A DNA stretch of 63,720 nt, the filler included, from Folioceros fuciformis (Eukaryota): the NCBI GenBank assembly GCA_049999805.1. It is 13 parts of 13 records of this genome, joined end to end, with 100 filler letters (N's around TTAATTAATTAA, not from the genome) between each part and the next. Parts side by side here need not be neighbours in the genome. Positions count along the whole stretch, not along the records: positions 36,263 to 42,223 come from JBNGIO010001696.1; positions 42,324 to 45,678 come from JBNGIO010001697.1; positions 45,779 to 48,448 come from JBNGIO010001698.1; positions 48,549 to 50,689 come from JBNGIO010001700.1; 9 more parts are not named here. The stretch is one strand, 5' to 3'. The notes beneath the pieces were generated by a model. It ran no database searches and was not told where the DNA came from. It was given only the letters and a program-made list of their open reading frames with translations. How positions within the stretch are numbered: the stretch's first letter is position 1; each line of letters begins with the position of its first letter. Below are positions 36,163-49,354 of the stretch, in pieces. Made by a program: the position numbers and the translations under genes.

Positions 36163-36262
36163 NNNNNNNNNNNNNNNNNNNNNNNNNNNNNNNNNNNNNN
36201 NNNNNNTTAATTAATTAANNNNNNNNNNNNNNNNNNNNNNNNNNNNNNNNNNNNNNNNNNNN

Positions 36263-37097
36263 GTATTATCTATAGTCTCCCCCTATTGGATCTTTGTGTA
36301 CCTCAAAAAGTCTCCTTCACTTGTTTCCCACTTAGCACAAAAAAACATTCTTCTTTCTATGGAAACACAATTTGAAGTGGTGCTTGCTCCATTGACATAC
36401 ATAATAACCCCTAGCTCTACCCATATTGACATTCGATTACTTGGTAAGTGCACTTTCTTCAATAAATTCTGCCTCCACACTTTCCTTACGTACCACAAGC
36501 ATAGTAATATAGGCATATTACGATTCCACATTGAACAAATAGTAGCAATCTTTGGCTGATAATCATCAACAAGGAATGAACTTGGTGTCCAATCCTTGTT
36601 GATCTTTTCAACCTTCTTCCGTAAAGATGACAGCCAACTGATAAGAGACTCCGTAGTAGCATATTTTGTAATAGCCCATGCTACTGGAACTCCATTCAAA
36701 CAATGGCCAAAAGCCATAACTGTGAATAAGTGGTAGCGATACCTGTTCAACCCCAAAGTTGTATCCATAGCTAGCACATTATTATTCCCATAAAGCAACA
36801 TGAAATTTAACATAAAAGGAGTTTGGATACCTAAAGCAAAAGGTTGATTCCTGTTAATTGGTGGAAAACTATAGACGCATTTTGCTCCAACCACAGTGAC
36901 ATTGATGTGGCATCATCTGGGGCTAGCTTCCATTCACCAACTTCAACTTGTGTAACTATCTTGAGAACGTCATATCTCTGCATGTAATCATCTCTTACTA
37001 CCTCATATACCTTCGTCTTGTTGTTGATTTGAGCGTATAATGCATCTAAATGTCTGCGCATTATTTCATCAATAGGAACTTTGCAATATAGACAATG
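36263..37097 (-). pseudogene. Mutator-like (MULE) transposase fragment
   Basis: FALGIQTPFM...AMDTTLGLNRYRYHLFTVM...GVPVAWAIT...WTPSSFLVDD...LLCLWYVRKVW matches the MULE DDE-domain pattern; frameshifted and cut by the family X insertion. Confidence 0.85.
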
Positions 37098-39383
37098 TGT
37101 GGGGGAAAATATTGCACCCAGGGGTGCTGCAAGGTCCACACAAACCCTCTTTGTCGTTATAGCTTAGGGATTCGATCCCAAAGGAATGATTTGTGTCAAA
37201 TAACACAGTTTTACTCTAACAGTCGGCTACTACTTAGGCCGGGCTTTACCTACTCCAGCTTCACTACCTACAAGTTCAACTGCCCTCGTTGTGGCTCAAC
37301 TACCTCGGCTCTTCGACTACCTAGATTCCTATTCCACAATGTGAGTAGGGATCTCCACGATGGTAGTGGACTCCACTACCTTTGGTGGGCCCCACCTTTA
37401 GTCTCTCTCTAACTCCGGGTTAGACTTATCTCTCTCCTGGCTTCACTCATACCTCAAGCAACGTTTCGGGTTTCTTACCACCCTGCATACTCATGGACAA
37501 TCGGTCAAGCCAAGCAAACACCCCAATCGTCACACCCCACATCCAACCATGACCCGCCTACACTCAAGGTCTCTCCACCCAATTCCACACCTAGCCACAG
37601 CCGCGTTCTGGCACTACTGGCCCGCGCTTGTTCCCGCTCTTACCTCGGACAATTCTCAATCGGCACGTACAACGATCTCTTAGTCGAACGCTTCTAATCT
37701 CGGACACAACACGCACCGGCTCCCCGGCCCCTTACGACTTGCGACTCACTTACTAAAGTTCGCACACAGCAACCCTCGGCCTCACCCGAGTCGTATTTCT
37801 TCTCACACAGCACCCTCCCTTGGGTCGCTACAGTTTACACACACACTTCAAACATGGAAACAACTCAGACCGGGTCTCTCCCACAGCTCACTCGCAGCCT
37901 GTCACACCGCGTTCTAGTCATTCATACAAACAATCAGGAACCCAACCAACGGCACACGTCCGTGACAGTCCCTCAGACAGAAGCCTCACGATCGCAACAA
38001 CCTCCTTCGGGGCCAGGTTCTCTAGCACACCCGCCACTCTCTCGTCGCCCACGTTCGCGACTTTCTCTTCACACACTCGGACTCCGATGGCCTGCAACCA
38101 CCCTCCTTTCTCTTCAAGCCTCACACACTCCCTTCTTCTCCCGTTTTCTTCTTACTCCTTGATTGACTTCCTTCTCTCTCACTCACTTCTCCTTCTCGAC
38201 TCACCCCTTCTCCAAATCTCCTTCTTCTTCTCAATAGTTTAAAAGGTTGGCGGGATCGCCAGGGAATAAGGGACACGGTAGCCCGCTCCACTCTGCAATC
38301 GGGGGATTCGTCCCCTCACGTCCTCACCAACTCGTGCAATAGAAAATAGCCGGGGTAGCAGGAAAGCGGACTTCCACTCGGTGAGGGTCTCCCTCCCAAT
38401 TCGCCCCTAAAATCACTGTCGCGGAGCAACACAACCTCGATGCCTCCTCCCAGGAATGCCGTGTGTAGTCGCCTACCTGGATCTGCCTATCCAGCTATGG
38501 TCATCGCTAGGACCCTCGAGTCGAAATGTTGATTTTGCTTGCTACCTTTTCGAGGCGGCCACAAGCCCCTTTGTACATCACGTTTGGCGGGTCCAGAGCG
38601 ACCATTAAACTTTGGTCTGTGGACAAGCAGGTGCTCTTAATGACGCGCGGTGTTAGGTCCAAGAAAAAACATTTCCTAGAGATTGTCTATGATTCGAATC
38701 TAGCATGCAATTACTATTGCCTATTTTCATCTCCGCGCCCGCCTTCCTCCCATCCTTCTTGCTCTTCATCCTGGCCAGCCACCTCTAGCTCTCCTTCCCC
38801 GCCGCTGATCGAGCAGGTCCTCCCAGAGGATCTCTACCTCGCTATCGCTCTTTACCTCTGGCGGCGGCAGTGTAGGTGGGTCCCGCCGTGGAGGACTCCT
38901 CCTTACCTTGTGCGGCTTGTTTCTGAGGACGAGAACTAGCTCCCGGTTGACCCACGCTTGCACCTCCTCCTCCGTCAACTCCTCCAAGATTTCTTAGGCA
39001 TAGTGGTGTGGCAGCCCCCACACCCGACAGCAGTGAAAAAAGGACCCCCTACGGATCCTTAGCCGCAGGCAGTAGCCTCTTGTCCCTCCTATGCACACAT
39101 GCACATGTACAATTAGCTTCAACACAGGGGCTCCATCTACAAAGAGGCCAGGCACATAAGTGTCCATAGTGCAACACAACCTGACCCTTTGTTGCAAAGG
39201 AAGTGCTTACCCCCTCCTCCCGTGGGCTACTATGGGCTGTATGCCCTCTACCACTTGGAGGCGCTGGAGGATCTTCCATCCCCCCAGCTGCAGCCCCTTC
39301 TAGCCGCGCCCTCTTGGTGTGAGTTGCCCTTCCAGACCTCCAAACGGCGAGTTCCTCAGCAGGCACCTCTTCAGCTACCGGGG
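37098..39383 (-). mobile_element. Athila-like family X, copy 2 (more diverged)
   Basis: Terminus TGTGGGGGAAAATATTGCACCCAGGGGTG...; accessory ORF remnants at 38766-39383 (EELTEEEVQAWVNRELVLVLRN). Confidence 0.8.
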
Positions 39384-41719
39384 TGTGGAGGAAAATATTG
39401 CACCAGGGGGTGCTGCAAGGTCCACACAAACCCTCTTTGTCATTATAGCACTGGGGTTCGATCCCAAGGAAATGATTTGTGTTAAATAACATGGGTTTTC
39501 TCACAAAGTCAGTTACTACTCAGGGTCAGTCTTACTCACTTGCCGCACGTCTACCCCCTATTCATGTACCTCTACCCTATCACAACTTCGCTACCACCGT
39601 CGCCTCCTCAACTACCGTGACCCTAAACTACCTGACAGGCATACTCGGCTACCGGGGTGAGGGTTACTCCAACTACAGTTCCCCGGCTACCCCGTCGCCC
39701 TTACGGCTACAGCTATGCTCTACTACTCCCATTGTCCCTCCACAACGGTCATCCAACTGGCAACCTTAGTGGGGTCCACCCTCTCTCTCTCTTCCTTACT
39801 CTCTCTTCACTCCCTCTCTCTAACTTACTCCACGAACTTACTTTTCCGACTTACGCCTCCTAACAGTCGTGATCCGTCTCAGTCCTCTCTCACTTGTGAC
39901 CATTCTTCCCTCACGGCTCACACCCTTCCATCCACTCACCACTACTCACTACTTCGACTCGGAGCTCATCAGCCCTCGGTTTACACACCCATACATACCC
40001 GCACTCTGCTCGTGTTCGCCATTGGCTCTTCCCGTTTTGTTCAGGAGCCCTTACGCTTCGCTGCACACAACAGCTCACCCACACACACACACACACACAG
40101 CTCCACAAACCTGACAGCATAGTCTTAGCACACTCGCGCGTCTCGCTCACAACCTCAGGCCAGACTCCCCACATCCATTCCCGCTTTCTGCGGTTCAGTC
40201 ACATGCACATACAGGCTTCCCTTCACTTCACGGCGTTTCGTCACAGTACATAATCACACGTGGTTCTTTTCACCCTCACGCTCCATTCATTTGCTCATCA
40301 GCCACGGTCACACCCCCGCAGCGCAGCATACTCACCTCTCCGATTTACAACTCCTTAGCTCAACGCTCGACTCACTCACAACTCACACCAGTCTTTCAGT
40401 CATATAGCCACTTCCTTCCTCCGTCGCCACACTTGCAACTTGCGACTCGCGTCCACTCATAGCTCTCACAACAGCGGTCACTCAGAACCGCCCGTCACTT
40501 CACACGATCATCGACACTCTTTCTCACACACTCTCATTTCTTAGTCCACTCGCAACTCTCGACCTTTCTCTCCGACTCGCCCCTTCAGGGCCTTCTCTTC
40601 TCTCTGAAATTCGAGGAATGAGGGGATCACCGGAGGCTAAGGGAAGGGGTATCCACTTCCACTCCGAACTCGCGGATTTGGCCTCCGGCACCCTCACCAC
40701 CCCACGCGATCATTCCGGGGATAGTTGGGGAGCTCGTTTCCCACTCGGCGAGGTGTCTCCTCCCGATTCGTCCCCAGAGCCCGATCACGCAGCATCCACC
40801 ACCTGCACCCACACCCTGAGAACACTACGTGCACTCACTTGCCTGGACCTCCTGACCAGCAACGGCCATCGCTAGGCTCCACAAGGTTGGAATGTTGGGT
40901 TGGTTTTCGCTGATTTTTCCAAGACTCCAAACTGACCTCTTGTGCACGGTAGTGGCGGTCTTTCCGCCATAAAGTCTGTTAGGGGTCAGTCAGCGCTTAG
41001 AATTTCAGAGTGGCTTAGGTCCAAGCAAAAATAATCTAAAAAAAAACTAGTCTAGACTGTAATTACTATCGCCTCTCTCTTTGTCGCTAGCGCCTTCCTC
41101 CTTGCCGTCGCGCTCCTCCCCCTACTGGTCCACCTCTGGCCCTCCTACCCCACCGCTGGTCAGGTAGGTCCTCCCACAGGACCTCCACCCCACTGCTGCT
41201 GCTGCTGGTCCTTGCTGGTAGCAGCGCAGGTGGGTCCCATCGCAGGGAATCCCTCTCCTCCCTCCGTCGCCGATTGCTGAGGATGAGGACAGGCTCCCAC
41301 TCAACCCACTGCTGCGCCTCCTCCTCCATCAATTCCTCCAGGACTGCCTCGGAATAGCAGTGAGGCAATCCCCGTACCCACTAGCGGTAGTAGTAGAGGC
41401 CCCTGCGGGTCCTCAGTTGCAGGCCGTAGCCCCGCGTCCCTCCTGTGCCCATGCGTACATACAAAAACAGCTTCAGAACTCGGGTTCCTTCCACATAGAG
41501 GCCCAACACATAAGAGGCCTCCTCCTCATACTGCAGCACAACCTAACCCTTTGTCATAAAGAAGGTGCTTACCCCTTTCTCCCTTGGGCTACCTCAGGCT
41601 GCTTATCCCCTACTCTTCTTGGGTACCGGAGGGTCCTCCATCCCTCCAGCTGCGGCTGCTTCCCCCGGCTCAGTCCGCCTGGTGTGAGTCGTCCTCCTGG
41701 AAAGCCTTTGCTCAGGCGC
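39384..41719 (-). mobile_element. Athila-like family X, copy 3, inserted into the ORF of copy 2
   Basis: Terminus TGTGGAGGAAAATATTGCACCAGGGGGTG...; ORF remnants at 41087-41719; strongly similar to 32330-34552. Confidence 0.8.
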
Positions 41720-42532
41720 TGTGAACGAAAAAAAACTTTCAGAACCCCCATTTTGAGCGATGGAATGAGCAGGTTGTGATTCTTTTGTGAAGGGACAGGC
41801 GAATCGGCTTAGTAAGCGAGTAAGACCGGGGTGTTTACCCCCAAAGTCCACCTTGGGCTTCGGGGTTTAGGGAGTACAGGAGATCGGGACAAGGAGGGGG
41901 AAGCAGCGAGTGCCTCCTTGGCCCTCAGGTCATTGAGAACATTAAGGTAGGCAAAAGTAAGGGCTCGAGGTGACGGGGCAATGGTAGCCGGCAGGGCAAC
42001 CGTTACCGGAGGGACGACTGGAGGTAGCCCAACGGGCGTAAGGGTAGAAAGCAGGCAGGGTATAAAAACCCTAGAGAAAGGGGGGCTTTGTCTAGCATCC
42101 GAAAGTACGGGGAGCGGGAGTAACTTGAAGCGTGAAGCGGTTGAAAGAGGGGAAAGCGCCAGGACGACGGGAGAGACGGCGCAGGCGTGAGAGGAGGAGG
42201 ACAGGCAGGATGACGGCACGGCCNNNNNNNNNNNNNNNNNNNNNNNNNNNNNNNNNNNNNNNNNNNNTTAATTAATTAANNNNNNNNNNNNNNNNNNNNN
42301 NNNNNNNNNNNNNNNNNNNNNNNATCCATCCCCCTCTAGTTACCTTGAATTACCCATGCATCCCCCACATTCATCCATGTAAATAAATTACATGGACTAT
42401 TACTCACATCTCCTCCTACTCATTCACCTCTACCTCACAACACAATCCAAATCCTACTTCACTACCCACCCATTAAACTCATATCCTTCACTTATTAAAT
42501 CAAACTTAATTATTCGACCTAATTAAGTGATT

Positions 42533-42610
42533 AAACCCTAAACCTTAAACCTTGAACCCTAAACCCTAAACCCTAAACCCTAAACCCTAAACCCTAAACC
42601 CTAAACCTTA
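42533..42610. repeat. Arabidopsis-type telomeric repeat tract (CCCTAAA)n, ~11 units, about 7 of them contiguous and perfect
   Basis: Read directly: aaaccctaaaccttaaaccttgaaccctaaaccctaaaccctaaa... Confidence 0.95.
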
Positions 42611-43618
42611 TCGATCCAAACATAACGGTAACATCCATCCATCGTTTGAATGATCCCTAATTAGAGCGAACTTTTAAGCAAATTGTGCCAACACAACCGC
42701 CACCTTTCACTGGACCACACATCCCACATAGTACTAGAAAGAGAGAGCTCTATCTTAGTTTATACCAATTTTTCAAATAAATATTTGTTTATGAATTTTA
42801 TATTTCTAGATAATGTTACATTTATAATAAAAAAATTATATGTAATAATTTTCTTATAGATATATGCTGCACTTCACTCTCAACCTTGATAACATAATGC
42901 CCTTGTGAACAACTTTTTTAATCAAAGTATATAGCATTCTACTCTTTTCTTACAGTTCTCACTTTTAGGAGATATTTATTAATAATATCTATACAAATTT
43001 AAAAGTGTTTCTTTCTTTTTAAAACTATTTTTTCCATCTTTAGATATCATATTTAAATATGAATGTGTTATATATATAGCTAAAAATACATAAATATGAT
43101 AAATTAGATCATGTCTTTTTTGGGTAATTGTGATGATCCTTCTTCAACACAAACACAATCTATCCTCCCTGGACGAGTAGCACAACTGCTTCAAGAGCCA
43201 ATACGCTACGAGCTCAAAAGAGCTCAGTGGTTAAGCCACCACCCATTGGTTGGACCACTCTGGTAACAAGGTATCCTTATTTCTCAAGGACGTTGAGCTG
43301 GAGACATTTATGTAAACATAGCAACACTTTACACATAACTAGTAAATGCTAAAATATTTAACCTTAAGTAATAACAACACTCTCACTCTAGTGTTTAAGC
43401 CTCTAGGTGATACTAAGATTATCACCATTAGCTAGAATCAAGATCTAGGTAGTCATAGACTTGATATCACACAATATGATACCAATAAGGCGGGTATTTA
43501 ATACGGATTGAAAAAGAGATGGAAGTCCCATCTACTCCAAAGATTGGAGGAACAACCCCATTAGGGCCAAAGGCAAAAAGAGCTACTCTCCCCTGCGAAT
43601 GTCATTTTCAAAAACTAC

Positions 43619-43970
43619 CTACTGCTCCCAATATGCCATGATGTGGAATAACACAAAGGGCCTACTTACCACCGATGCCGAAGAAGCCGCTTGACCTGTG
43701 CTTGTTGCTGTTCTAAAAACTGCATTGGCCAATGCTCGTTGCAAAGCAATGGATACACGATGTGGAAAGAAGGCCACCACAAAGAAAAGAGGGAGAACAC
43801 CATTCCTATTGCTATGATAAACCTTGGCGCACTCTTTGATAAATCTTGAAAATTCCTTGCCCATAGCTCCATGAGTCTCAAGAGCAAGGGGATGAAAGTA
43901 TACCCATCTTGCAAGGTAGAATACTTATGAACTTTGGCACTTGCACAACCCTCTACTGCCTAAACAGGGA
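43619..43970 (-). pseudogene. C-terminal restriction-like endonuclease (RLE) fragment of a CRE-like non-LTR retrotransposon
   Basis: Correcting one frameshift gives AKVHKYSTLQDGYTFIP(F)ALETHGAMGKEFSRFIKE...HRVSIALQRALANAV, matching the K..KY...F.P.A.ET.G..G...R.SIALQR pattern. Confidence 0.75.
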
Positions 43971-45246
43971 GGGTTGATGATGACCCAACAAGTGAATATA
44001 AGGAATACAAAAAACTAAGAATGCTAATAAACCCAGCAAAAAACACCTAGCCAAAGCAAACACTAAACCTCCAAAGAATTTGAAAACTATCTTACTTTAT
44101 TTGCATAGAAATAGGGGTAGACTAACATCTTAGCTAACGGACCGATGAGAGCTAACTTCAGTGAAAGCTTACATCCCTAGCATAGCATAAGTATAGAGTC
44201 TTCATTTAGTATTTCAAACATAGTTCTCATGATATCATTCTTTTCAAGGTAATCTTAAGAAAACTTTTTTTTTGTAGGAATTAATATTTTTTGTATTTAA
44301 AACTACTATTTTTTATAACTTTTTAATTTTTTTGTTTGTATATTTTCATAATATATATTTTTTAGTTTATAAAAATAAAATAAAATTTTGAACACCTTGA
44401 GTAAGACTCTCTAAAGGAGAGCTATTTTAAATTATCGTAAATGATAATCTTTTATAATTTTAGATAACAAATATTTCTAATATATTTTTTCAAATATTAT
44501 TTTAAATTTTAATTCCTTTTTCATTCTCATGCTTTAGTCCCCTATTTTCTAATAAACAAGTAACAACAATGCATAAATAATTAGCACCATTGTTTTATTG
44601 TGAATCAACCGTTGCTCTAGAATCATAACATTCATTATTCAATTCTTAAACAATGCATTAAAATGGTGAATGAACATGGTGGACCAATCTGCCGATTTGT
44701 ATGAACATGAGGATCAAATCTGTGTGGAATAAATCATGACGTTGATTATTCAATTCTTAAACTATGGATTAAATATCTTACCAGATCTTTCCACTTGTAT
44801 GGACATCATCAAGCTCATGCAGAATCAAGAATGACGTCTCCTTCACCATTCAGTTCTACAGTTCAACAATGATATTTGAATCGATACTTCTACTTTAAAC
44901 GAGAAAAATGTGACATGCGTGTTAAATATCTACAACATAAAGGCTTTGGATTTGTTTTCTTAACGAGATTAAGCGCCACATTCAATGCTTTTTTAACTGA
45001 AGGGTTTAGGGGTTAAGCTGTGGTGCATTTTGTTCGTTTTTATGTGTCGAATACATTGTTGTTAAAAGATATTGGATAGTGTATGTGAACAAGCTTAGAA
45101 TTTCTCCATATGAAGCTTCATCCATACATACCTTTTTACAATGTGATTAACTTTAGAAGCATGTTTGTTAATATATTCAATACAATTTTTTTCCATGTTT
45201 GTGCTTATGAATGTATGGTTTGATTTCAAACATAGTCAGCGAACAA

Positions 45247-45500
45247 AAAAAACATTTGATTGATTGTATATAGTCTACAAACATAAGAAACATTTGATTG
45301 ATCATACATAGTCTATAAACGTAAGAAACATTTGATTGATCATACATAGTTTACAAGCAAAAGAAACATTTCATTGGTCCTCCATAGCCTACGAAGACAA
45401 GAAACATTTGATTGATCGTATATAGCTTACTAATAATAAGAAACATGTTATTAGTCCTAAATAGTCTACGAATTTAAGAAACATTTCATTGTTTGTATAT
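45247..45500. repeat. 38-bp minisatellite, ~7 copies (AAGAAACATTTGATTGATCATACATAGTCTATAAACGT)
   Basis: AAGAAAC at 45285, 45323, 45361, 45399, 45438 and 45476. Confidence 0.92.
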
Positions 45501-45778
45501 GGGTCATTATTTTTATATTAATATGGATATTAAATAAATAAATAAATAATATCAAAACAGACAATAAATGAAATTCTAGCTATTGTTTATTCTTTGTTAC
45601 ATGATGGCTCAATTATGCCAAAATGTGTTATAAGAACTTTCTAATTAACAATCCTCCTCATTGAACAAGCTTCTTATTNNNNNNNNNNNNNNNNNNNNNN
45701 NNNNNNNNNNNNNNNNNNNNNNTTAATTAATTAANNNNNNNNNNNNNNNNNNNNNNNNNNNNNNNNNNNNNNNNNNNN

Positions 45779-48448
45779 TAACCACTCCCACTGCAAAGGC
45801 AATGTCAGGACATGTAGCAATCATTGCATACATCAAACTCCCTACAGCTGATGAGTATGGAACCTTCTCCATTTCAGCTTTGTCCTCCGCAGAGCTTGGG
45901 CAATCCTTGCTTGACAACTTCACATATGGAGGCAACAGAGTACTTAATACCTTCCCCTTCTCCATATTGAAGCGTTGAAGCACCTTGTTAATGTATTCAG
46001 TCTGAGACAAGTACAGCAAACGCTTCTGTCTGTCTCGACGAATACGCATGCCAAGAATATGGCTTGCCTCTCCCAAGTCTGTCATGTCAAAGCGACCATT
46101 CAACTTTGACTTCAACGTTGAAATCTCATCACTGTTAGTCCCAGCCATTAGCATATCATCCACATAGAGGACCAGAATGAGCAAGCTTCCATCCTTAGCT
46201 TGCTTCGTATAGAGGCAATGATCCTCATCGCTACGCTTGTAGCCTTGAGAAAGCATAAATGAGTGGAACTTGAAATACCACTCCCTGGGTGCCTGCTTCA
46301 AACCATAAAGGCTCTTCTTTAACCTGCACACCAGATTCTCTTTGCCCTTCTCAATGAAACCCTCTGGTTGTTGCATGTATACCTCTTCCTGGAGATCGCC
46401 ATGCAGAAATGCCGACTTCACATCCATCTGGACAAGTTCCATGTCGAGCCTCGCAACCAGACCAAGAAAACATCGCAAGGTGGTCATTTTGACAACCGGT
46501 GAGAAAATCTCATCAAAGTCAATACCTTGCTGTTGCTTAAAACCCTTCGCAACCAATCGTGCCTTGTACTTGGGTTTGCCATAATGGGGTATGTCCTTCA
46601 TCTTATACACCCATTTGCATGGCAACGCCTTTTTGCCCTTAGGTAACCGAACCAATTCCCAAGTTTGGTTCTTGTGGAGCGAATCCATCTGCGACTGCAT
46701 CGCCTTCTCCCACTTGTCCTTGTGAGTAACTGACATGGCCTCTTGGTAACAAGAGGGCTCCCCACAATCCGTGAGCATGACATAATCAAGAGATGCAACA
46801 TACTTGTCAGGAGGACGTGAGATCCTTCCTGACTTGCGAAGTACTGGCGCCTCGACCGGAGCTGGTTGCACTCTTTCCTCTTGTACAAGTGGAGGAACTT
46901 GTTCCTGCACATCACGACGTTCAACCTGCGCAAGACGGTCAAGTCCATCTTCTTGGAAGACCACCCGTCGCACCTCCACAGTTGGAGTAGGTTTCTTGTG
47001 CATCTTGGTCTCATTGAAGAACACGTCATTGCTGCGAACCATTCTCTTGGCTTTTGGATCCCATAGACGGTATCCCATCTCACCAGATTCACCATAGTCA
47101 AGAAAAATACATTTCTTGGACTTGGGGGCCAACTTGTCCCGAAACTCCTTCGAAACATGGTAGTATGCCTCGCAGCCAAATACTCGAAGATGCTTGTATG
47201 ACGGCTTCTTTCCAGACCACATCTCCTCTGGAACGTGTTCATCCACAGCCCTATTAGGGGATCTGTTAATAAGATGCACCGCAGTAACCACTGCTTCTGC
47301 TCAAAATCCGTTAGTCAATCCAGAGTTTGACAACAAACTACGCATCCTTTCCTGGATGGTCCTGTTCATCCGTTCGGCCACACCATTCTGGGGAGGAGTA
47401 TACGAGGCAGTCAATTCTCTCCTGATTCCCTTGGAATCACAGAATGACTGAAAAGCCTTAGAAACATACTCTCCCCCATTGTCTGTTCTTAGACATTTCA
47501 GTCGCAGGCCAGACTGATTCTCCACAAGGGTGACGAACTTCTGAAACATTGTCAGAACATCATCCTTTTCCTCAAAGGATAAACCCACACCTTGCGTGAG
47601 AAATCATCTATGAAAGTGACAAAATAGGATGCACCGCCTAACGATACAGTGGGCATAGGTCCACAAACGTCACTATGAACCAACTCAAGAGGTTTACTTT
47701 TGTGTTTACCTCTTGCTCCATGTGGTAACTTCATCTGTTTCCCATACAGACACTGCTCACACACGGAGAAATCGGAGAAGTCAAAAGCAGGGACGTAACC
47801 AAAACGAGATAGTATCTTCATTCGTTTTTGAGACATATGTCCTAATCGACTATGCCACAAGGAAACACTTGGCTGTTCCGTTACACAAATCACATGATCC
47901 TTGACAGTGGTTACCTGAAGTGAGTACAAAGTGCCACACTTCGATCCACGAGCTAACACAAGAGAACCTTTGGAGAACGATCTCCAAACCAACAGTGGTA
48001 GCCAGCGTCATCCAACTGCCCTGCACTAATCATACTCTTAGCCAACTTGGGAACATGCCTATCATCCTTTAGTACGAATGAAGATCCGTTGTCGAACTTC
48101 AACTGCACATCACCAACGCCTGCAATCTCGCATGCGTAGTTATTTCCCAGCCGTACACATCCTTTCCTAGTAGCACCATACGTGCTAAACCACTCCCTAT
48201 GCGGAGTAACATGGAAAGATGCTCCAGAGTCAATTATCCAATTAGAGAATAAGTGACTCTCAACAGCTGTCAGTTGTGCAGAATTGAAGGAAGCAGAGAT
48301 AAAAACATCTCCATCGTCAACAGAATTCACCTCATTAGGCTTGGTACTCGGACTTGCTTTGTTATCGCTTTGCTTCTTCTCCTTTCCTTTGTCCTTTTTC
48401 AACTTCTCGCAGTCCTTCCTGATGTGATCCTTCTTGTGACAATGGTAA
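45779..48448 (-). mobile_element. Copia family A, copy 2 (PR-INT-RT, fills the whole contig)
   Basis: WIIDSGASFH, LELVHSDVCGP, 522-aa INT-RT ORF with YVDD; collinear with 13200-15860. Confidence 0.96.
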
Positions 48449-48659
48449 NNNNNNNNNNNNNNNNNNNNNNNNNNNNNNNNNNNNNNNNNNNNTTAATTAA
48501 TTAANNNNNNNNNNNNNNNNNNNNNNNNNNNNNNNNNNNNNNNNNNNNGAAGATAAGAGATAAGACAACTATCTGCATTTAAAATGACTTGCATAGTATG
48601 TTAAGAACATAAGCTAGCAGCAGACACTAAGTTTTTACACTTGGATGGTACATGAAGGA

Positions 48660-49045
48660 TATGAGAGAGAAAGAACTTGGCCTGAAGAACATTTGAGAAC
48701 GACAGAACCTACACCAGAGATGGGGAGGTTGTGGTCATCGCCCAGTAGGACAGTCTGGTGTCCTGTGACTGGTGAATAGGACTCAAAAGAGTTTCTGTTG
48801 TGAGAGATGTGTGATGTAGCTCCACTGTGCAAGTGCCAATATGGATTTGTTGGTTTTGATGATGCCAAGCATATAGTGAGAGTTGATGGTGTTGAGGAAG
48901 ATTGTTTCTTCACAGCAACATATCCTCTAGGTGCGGCCTCCTTTCTAGGCTCACCATTCTTCTTCTTGTTGCAGTCCTTCTCCAGATGATTCGGTGTTTT
49001 GCACCAATTACAAATAACTCCAATCTTCCTTTTACCTATAAACAT
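48660..49045 (-). pseudogene. Copia zinc knuckle-protease fragment (family B-related)
   Basis: CNWCKTPNHLEKDC...WHLHSGATSHISH...VLLGDD. Confidence 0.85.
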
Positions 49046-49354
49046 GGTCTAACCCAAACGGGCAGATTCCACAAAGCCCATTTTGCGCATTTCACATTTG
49101 TCGTGATCCACGCTTCTTATCTACTTTTGATTTAATTTCACAAACAATGACGCCACCGACATGTATCCGAATATTTTTGTTGCTGCAAAGGTCACTAAAA
49201 CCAAAATTACTGAGAAAAATAGTTTGAGTCTTCTATGCAAAACTTGATATTTTGCAACCATAAACATATGGTGCGCCGGTCAACCGGCGCACAAATTTTT
49301 AAAAGTACTTCAAGTTTAGGTTTATATCAATTTCAAATTAAGTCAAGTGTATTC

